DNA of 64,000 bases. Origin: Yuukianura sp. NJ FZ-2021. Its lineage: Eukaryota. The number at the start of each line of letters is the position of its first letter. Position 1 is the stretch's first letter. The stretch spans positions 13,702,001 to 13,766,000 of the forward strand of contig CM102286.1 in assembly GCA_046563655.1 (NCBI GenBank), given 5' to 3'. The position numbers were made by a program, and so were the translations under genes. The notes under the pieces are model-generated. The model saw nothing but the letters and a program-made list of their open reading frames with translations. It had not been told where the DNA came from and made no database searches. Positions 54,301 through 64,000 of this stretch are shown here, piece by piece.

Positions 54301-57300
54301 TACCAACAGAACACTTTCAATTCTTCAATACAAACAAAAGGGCTCTACGAAATCCATTGTTAACAAAATACTACGCATAGCCTCGGGCGTTCCAAAGAAC
54401 CAACATGCAGTATTTATTGTTATGACACGGTCAACGCTGCCCTCAAGTCATAGCCTATTCAAGGTTCCATTAGCCACGCTTTGTCGTCGCATAATTTCCA
54501 ATCATCACACCAACACAAATACTAGTCGTCAAGTCCGATTTTTCAAAACAACTAACCTCCAAGTAGCATTTAAAAAAAAACTTATGCCCATTTAGCATTT
54601 TTGAAAACAAAAACACTGACACCCACTTAGCATTTCTGAAAAATGAAAACTGGAAAAAACTTTACATTTTTCAAACACCAACAAAACGCCCCGAGCAGAA
54701 CACTTTTTAAACAAAAATGTAGCGAAAATTATTCTCCTTGAACAAAAATTACTAAAAACTAAAAAGCGATGTTCGGATGCTGATTTTTTTTTTCTACAAC
54801 CACAGAATCCCATTCAAGCGTCAGCGTTTTCGACAATCGCTGAAAAGTAAAAACTTCGAACAGTAAAAACCTTATGAACGCAATCATCAGTGGTTCAATT
54901 GTTCAAAGAAGCAGAAGGTAAACGAAGTCTCTGAAGCGAAAACTGAATAGAACAACCTCATTCTTTTTTAAAAAGAAAATGAATTGGAAGAAAAAATGTT
55001 GATTTGTAAAGAAGATGTCAAGAAAATAAAAGATGAAATTGCCTCAGATCAACCATCCGAAATCCAACTATACAAACAGGAGATGATTTCTAACATCTTT
55101 TTAAGCATCATGTTTAAGATGTACATCAACATCACGCAAACTCGATAGGAAATGTTCAACTAAACGTTCAACGGTGATCCTGACATGAGACATGACATTT
55201 TCATTCCTTTCGAAAAATTTCGAATTCAAAAACCATCAAAAACTTACACATTTCGTCGTCAATTTCACAAAAATTACTTTCTCAACTACCCCAAAAATGA
55301 GAGAAAAATTTCCTTATTTTATATAAAAAACATTTTGTGTGACGTTAAGTTGTGCGGTTTTCAGTACTTATAAATTATGACATGAAATACGCAGAAATTT
55401 TCTATTCAGTCCAAGTTTTTGCTTTTTAAACCAGGTTTTCGGAAAACAGGAAACCATAAAATGCGAAAATTCGGGCGAAAAAGCTAGAAAAACGGTCGTT
55501 ACTTGGATATACCCCAAAAAACTGTAAAAGACGTGTACTTTTGGTGCTGGTGGAACAAAATTGGATTCCTGTTGGGGCTGACCGCAGCGTCCGCTCCGCG
55601 GCATCCTTCTCCAATTTTAACACCACAAATAAAAATCAATAGGAAACAGATACTGGACACCCCAAGAAAAGAAGAAACCAGATACTCCAGCACTCCCGGT
55701 TTTACACAGCAGCATTCCACCTTAAATTAAATGAAATAAAAACAACCCCACCCATTTCTACCACCAAAAATTAAACCCGCTAAGTTTTTCTACTTAAACT
55801 GACACCTTTCCAATTTTTAAATTAAATTCCTCACTTGTGAGAATTTAGATCCCACTGTAAATGCTAAAGTTAAGCCGAGTCACACGAAGATTGTCTAAAC
55901 GAAGGCCAGTTTCAGTGTGGTCAAATGCATTTAGAAAAGATTAAGTTCACAAAATGCTAACAGATTGACAGCCAACCAATCCATCAGAAGAACAAAGCGC
56001 AGTCAAAACTAACACTCTGCGATGGTCGTGTTGTGTTTGAAAGATCCGTTCGTGATGAACGGGTCATCGCCAATGTTCATCTCCCTTCAAAAGTCCAACT
56101 TGTAACTTGTCAATCACACCAGTCCAAACACTCTTTTTGTCTGTCCTAATCTCCTTAATACAAAAAACATGAAATTTCGAAATTCTTGTTTTGACTATTT
56201 TTTGACAAAATTTTGACTATTTGACCCAAAAAGCAATCCGTGTCCTCGTTACTCTGGATTTGGCCTAAAAATTTAGGTTTTGACCACCTCCAGGAATTTG
56301 CCGTCGAATCGAATTCATGAAAATCAAAAGCATTTCCGATTCCCACTCAAGAAATTCTTTTTTGTACCACGTATTGAAATTTTGTTTAGAAAACATTTTA
56401 AAACAAAAGAAATCAACAAAACCTCAGCGCTCCCATTCATGTCCATAACCAAAACTTTAGCACAACGTAAAAAAAACAGTTGAAAACAAAAAATATAAAG
56501 AGTTAAATGGTAATAACAAGTTAAACAGAGTGAATTTTTTTCCACTTTCACTCAATAACAAATTGCAAGCGGTTAGTCATAAAATTCAACCACTTCGTGT
56601 ACTTACCTCTAGGCGAAGGCGTGCTGTATCCACCGGACGAGTAGCTACTTCGTTCATGTCCATCGTAGCTGGAACTCCGATGACGTCCATTTCTCGTATC
56701 TTCAGTGTAAGGCGTATACCCGTACTGCGGAGCTGGATTGTTTCCCAAAGACCGACGATTGGCCATGTCCTGACTCCGAATGGCACTGCCCAATGCCCTA
56801 TGTCCAGAAGAATCTAAACTGGCTCTTTGAGTAGCATGAGTCATGCCAATCATTGGTCTCCAGTTCCTGGATTGCTCTGGAGTCAAGTCTCCTGGTTTCA
56901 ATACCGTCGGAGGATCCCTGGAAACAGAACAAAAATATAAAAATCTTCAACTTTATTTATAATATTATATGAAAGTTATTTTAGACTCATGTTAGAATTC
57001 GTAGGACTTTTAATTCTATGAACTAGAATTGAAAGAGTATTGTCAGATTCTACTTAATTTATCTCCGTTTGTTGCTAATTTGTTCATAAATTGAACTAAA
57101 CTAGCCTTTGATAGGAGAATTCTAGAAATTTCTATTATGAAAACTTACACTGCGCCTTCCAGACGAGTTGCTGGGAAGACATGGTCCGATCCAAATTTCA
57201 AGTCACGGAAGCGTACACTAGAAAATGAAAAAGTTTAAAAACAAATCTTTCAATCAGAAAACAACTTCGAATCTTGATAACTCACAGCGCTACTTGATTT

Positions 57301-60300
57301 TCAACAACATCAGGATTCTTTGGAATGGGTGACTGAAGAGAGCTGCAATGTTAGTAAAAGTTACACAAGTTGAGTAAAATAATTATAAAAAATCACAAAA
57401 TAAAATAAAAATACTGAAAGTCAGGAACGTAGCTTCATACCCGTTGAGAGCAACTAGTTCTTGAGGTGCCACAAGGACAAGTCCACCCATCCCTTCGAAT
57501 GCTGAAGGCTCCAGTGCGACTTCAGTACTCTCTTCAAATTGATTCTCGTACAGTCCCATCACAAAGTCGTAACCAGCATGGCCCTTACGGACGTACAGCC
57601 TGTCATCGCCTCGAGCATTTCGTCTTACTACAAAATCACAGAAGATATTCGAAGATATTCTTAACAATACTTTCTTCCTGCATTAAAAAAATTATTTTAA
57701 TAAACATTACCTTCTTCTGGCGTAAGTTCGCAATAGTGATCCTTCAAAACTTCCTTGAGACGAACTTCATCAACAAACGGCAGAAGAGCAACGCCCTGCC
57801 AAGCAAACTTCTTTCCGTTCAAATCCACTTGGAAGTCTTCCGGATAAAAGTCAATAATTGGTGATTCCTACAAACAAAAACAGTTTTATAACAATACTGC
57901 ACTATTTTTAAGAAAACTAAATTTCACTCACCGGATCACACATGAGTTCACCCCAAGGCTCTGGGACGTGACGTCGACTAGCAGCGGGAAAAACGCTCAT
58001 CAGCTGCTCGAGTGGAAAAAACTAAGAAACAGAAACGAAGTTTTTAGCATTTTCTCAAAATTTTTATGAAACTGTGTCAATTGAACAATAACTTACTGGC
58101 TTCGTGTTCTTATCGAATTCGGATGATAAATCTCCGACGTTGACAAAATCCGATGCAAATGGGGCGTAGTGGTACGGGTAATACCACTCCCAAGAGGCAC
58201 ATCCCTGTCAAGATAGGAAAAACAAGTTAATGCCTCAACTTTTAATAACTTGTTAAAAAACTTCAAAGTTACCTGATAGTAGTATCGTAGTACCCAGCAC
58301 AGACCTTTGACATATTCGTGCCCTACTAGAATTCGGAATTTGACGTTGTCCGGAAGAACGTCGAATTTGGATTCGTAGTAACGATCTTTGAATCCCTCTT
58401 GCCACAACCGAACTTCGTCATTCGGTTCGTCGTCATCTGAATCCTCGATTCGAGATTCTGCTTTTCTTTTGAGCGGAGTACGATTTACCATTGGTGATGA
58501 AAACCCTGGAGATGAAGAAGTCGAAGACGCAAAACTAGTGTCCAAAGACTGTGGCGACTACAAAACAAAAATCAAGTTGCAAAAAAGTTCGTAACATTGG
58601 TTTTGGTGCTAAGTACTATGACTTACATCTTTGCTTGTCATTGCAGCCTTTAAAGCAGCAGCAGCATCCTTATTTGTTCGCGGAGTATTGGCATTCGTGT
58701 GCATTCCTTGAACTCGCATATTGTAGGCTTCGTTTCGGGCGTTTTGAACCGGCGAATTGTTGTATCGGCCTACAGGCTGCAATTAATTGATTGATCGTTA
58801 ATCCTTTGATTAATTAAAATTGGAGCTTAGTGAAATGTTCAAATAAGCTTACCGAAGGTGCAAATGATCCTCCTGCAATAAAGGCAGGTTTGTCGTAGCA
58901 ATTCACATCTTCCATCAACCTTCGACGTTTTTCCGACTTCTGTCTAGCCCTGAATCTCAATTCATTGTTCTGTCGGTTTTTGAAGATTTCGTCCTCCATT
59001 GCTCCCAATTCCGACATAATCAGTTGCACACGAGCCAGATTCGGTACACCATTTTCCGTCAACCATCCTCCTGTTTTATAAACGCATTGCTTATACAGTC
59101 TCACCAGGCGATCAATCGCTCCTTCCCGAATTTCCAGCGATGGAAGATGAGGGAGGAAGTCGTTTCCAACAAAGAAACACATGAAGACCCAGTCATCCAC
59201 GGCTCTTTCCAAGTCAAACTTGAACGGAAGATTTGGCATGTCCAGTTCCTTTTGAAGATACTCCCGAAGCACATTGAGTCGTACAAAGATGAATTCCAAT
59301 TCACTACTGGCCGGAGGTGGATCGGGGCCGTCTTCTGGAACTTCTTTCTCCAGCCCCAAGCAGTCCTTCATCTCATGTCCTTCTTGTCCACAGATGTCAC
59401 AGGGACGGGCCTTGGTAGGACGAAACTCTTCTCGAATGATGGTGAAATTGGGTTCGTGAGTAGCCAATCCAAGCATGATCAGATCTGCATCAGCTCCGCA
59501 CAAACAGTGAGTCGTATTTGGGTTATGACCTGGTTGGGCCCGTTGTCGTCGAATAAAATCCATGACTTTGTGTTCTCCTTCACCGGGAACGTTGGCGTCT
59601 GATAAAATTACTTTGATGTTTCTCCAAGCTGGATCCGTGTTGAGACGGTCGTGAATGTAGTAATTCAGTGCTTTTGACAGCCGATCCATAAATGGAGTTC
59701 CCTGCATGATAGGAGAGAAGTATTTTACAGGAGCTATAGGTTATAATAACATCTCATTTATAAGTAAAACACTTACGGGAGTAATGCAATTACTATCAAA
59801 ATGGGCACTTCGTTCTTTGGCGGGCGGAAGTAACAGGCCCCTTGCCTCCATATCCTCCCGGATACGTTCGATTTCGTTTAGTTTTTCAGTTGTTTCTTTA
59901 GTGGCACGAAAACGTCGTGAACGTTGCTGATTCATCTTAGCTCTGGGAGCCTATCAATGAAAAGTAAGTAAACAATTTAACTTGACGTAATTCAACAAGG
60001 TCATGTTATAGAAAACAGTATCCGTTCATACCACACCGTCGATGGCCATGTACAACAGTTTCCGCGGACGTACGATCCGGAAGAGTCGATCAATACATTC
60101 AAAAATGGCAATCATCATCTCATCCTCATTCTTGGGAGGCGGCCTGAGAGAATCATTACAAACGTTAGATTAACCGCTCTACAATTAACACTAAATTACA
60201 AGTTCAGATACATGGAGTAAATTCTACTTATTCTCCGGATGCGTGCAAGGATGAATGATACCGTTCATGTCCAGGTATAAGTTATCAAATTCAACGCCAT

Positions 60301-60505
60301 TGGGATTAGGTGCCGTGGAGTCCACTGGAACTACAACACCGTCAATCATAGCCGTCTAATAACAAAAACGGGTTAATTTCAAGTGCCAATTCCACATAAT
60401 ACTAAACAGCAGCAGCATGTAATTGATTACCTTATCCTCCACGCAATGTACAATTACCGATGGATACTTCTTTGTCAACCAACGAAAGAACGATGGAACT
60501 CCCAT
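51317..60505 (-). CDS. XRN2: 5'-3' exoribonuclease 2 (XRN2/Rat1), ~16 exons, with Gly/Arg/Tyr-rich C-terminal tail
   Basis: ATG 60505 ([16 protein letters not shown]). Hallmarks: [51 protein letters not shown] knuckle [25 protein letters not shown] and WVLRYYYQ. Terminal exons 56918-56607, 52329-52173 and 51521-51317 join in consistent phase (1, then 2) and encode an RGG/YGG-rich tail. Confidence 0.95.
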
Positions 60506-60961
60506 GATCGTGCAGTATTCAGTTGTCTTCTAAGATTAGCTTAGCCTTCGATCCCCCAAATTTAGATGACCTAACAATGTAAAAACCGGGTGACCTTTCA
60601 CTAAAATTCGGAGAGTAACAAACGTTTCGAAACAAAACCAAAGGAGGAGGAGGGAATCAAACAATCTGCTTTGCTGCTTGTCGTCTGCTGTATCACGAAT
60701 GTGCGGTTTTGGTGCGGCGGCGGTACGGTCGTACGGTACACAAGAAACGGTACTCGTTTGGAAGGTTCGACTTAAAGAAACGTCATCGTGGCGTTTCCTG
60801 ACGATGAATTCTATAAATTTTCATAATTCGTATAATTTTTATAATCCTTATAATGTTTGTAAATAGCTAACAATTGTTTAATGCTTTGCAAAACATGGGT
60901 TAATTTAATTGGGTTCAAATTGGCTTTAACTTTATAAGTGGTTTTCGGATTTATGTAATAT

Positions 60962-62804
<1,843 letters not shown>

Positions 62805-64000
62805 TATCAAGTCAAGGTGATTGCGATACGACGATGTTTGATGAACACCTCAAGTGGATGGTACGAACTTAACACCAGTACAGCAGACAGCAAGGCCTAA
62901 TTTAGCAGATTAGTAATTGATAATCAGTAACTTAAAATACCGTCATCAGTGGATCCGATTTGAAAACCGAAAAGCAACCGGGTGATGTTCTTTATGAAAC
63001 AGACGTCGGCAATTCCTCAATATTCAGTTGAGACTTGAGAGATGACATGAATTTGCAAATTCTTCAATTTTGAATTTCCCGCATTCTCACTATACTGTCT
63101 TGTCAAATACCCGGCTAAAGTGAACTTTGTAGTGCCTCATTGCACCTCCACCTCATATTAGTTGAGAACCACATTTTTTGAACCCCGCAAAATCTCGAAT
63201 TTGAATTGTAACCCTTCTTCCAGTTATCATTCGTACGGCTAGGAACGCAAACTTTAATAAATAACATCTTAAGTTTGGATGGTACCCCACCCAGCATAGT
63301 ATTAATATGTTAGGGGTATGGGGTACAATATAAATTCAAGATTTTTGAATGTCCCAGTGTGATTGTATTGTGATTTTTTATATTTAGGTAAAATATCTAA
63401 TGTTAACCAGTATGAGGGGAGATCGACTGCTTTTCAATACGATTTGCTGCAAGATTTTTTTAAAAAACACAAGCAAAAATTCCTTGCAGAAAATAGGGAC
63501 GAACATTTTCTGCAAGCTTTTTTCTTGCAGAGAACGGAGGCGTTGCACAGTGGGGCCGATCGCTTCAAACAACGACAAGCGTTTCGGGGGAAACAAATTG
63601 ATTATTAGAAAATACACGATTATAGAGGCAAAACAGTCGCTAACTTATTGACATAACAACCGAAAGTACAGCGCGATTTCAGTTTTTATGATTTACGAAC
63701 TGGATTTCCCCTCATAGACGCAATTTTTCACCAACTTCAAAAATCAGTTAAAAATACTAAATTGGTAAAGTGGCACCAAGTGGCGGTCGGACTTGATACG
63801 TGATGCTGTCTAGTTTTTATTGCTATATTCAGGTTATCTGTAGGTAACGGACATTTTTGGACGATTTGATCTTTGTAGATCCTGATTTTGGCATTCATTT
63901 TTAATGTAATTTCTAAAAATCAACATAGCGTTTCCCCTGACAACCGTGGCGCCTGTTTGAAGCAGCGACTCCACTGTGCGTTGTTATAAGAAGTTTGCGC

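Noticed and set aside
56019..56070. Small hairpin in the XRN2 large intron
   Set aside because: Only a 6-9 bp stem; insufficient without conservation data
63281..63325. Imperfect palindrome upstream of PSMC1 (possible transposon end)
   Set aside because: No second terminus, TSD or transposase evidence

Overview
Eukaryotic, AT-rich arthropod genomic DNA (hexapod/pancrustacean-like; species not identifiable from the sequence) with spliced genes. In order: the probable first coding exon of an unidentified minus-strand gene running off the left edge; an NPC2/ML-domain sterol-binding gene (-); a large stranded-at-second (sas)-like receptor (-) with an unusually mosaic ectodomain; a Myb/SANT (trihelix/MADF-like) DNA-binding gene (-); the NK2.1-class homeobox gene scarecrow (+); an orphan two-exon secreted precursor made of tandem acidic peptides separated by Lys-Arg sites (-); XRN2 (-); and PSMC1/Rpt2 (-). 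The best leads are four. (1) The KR-delimited multi-copy acidic peptide precursor at 45.3-46.2 kb. (2) The tail-to-tail scro/XRN2 arrangement, which mirrors human NKX2-4/XRN2. (3) Repeated perfect or near-perfect nuclear-receptor elements (IR1/EcRE and DR1), including a tandem repeat that multiplies an IR1 site just 5' of scro. (4) IGFBP and dumpy-like EGF modules at the N-terminus of Sas. Exon boundaries were read by eye from GT/AG signals and reading frame; no database searches were run.
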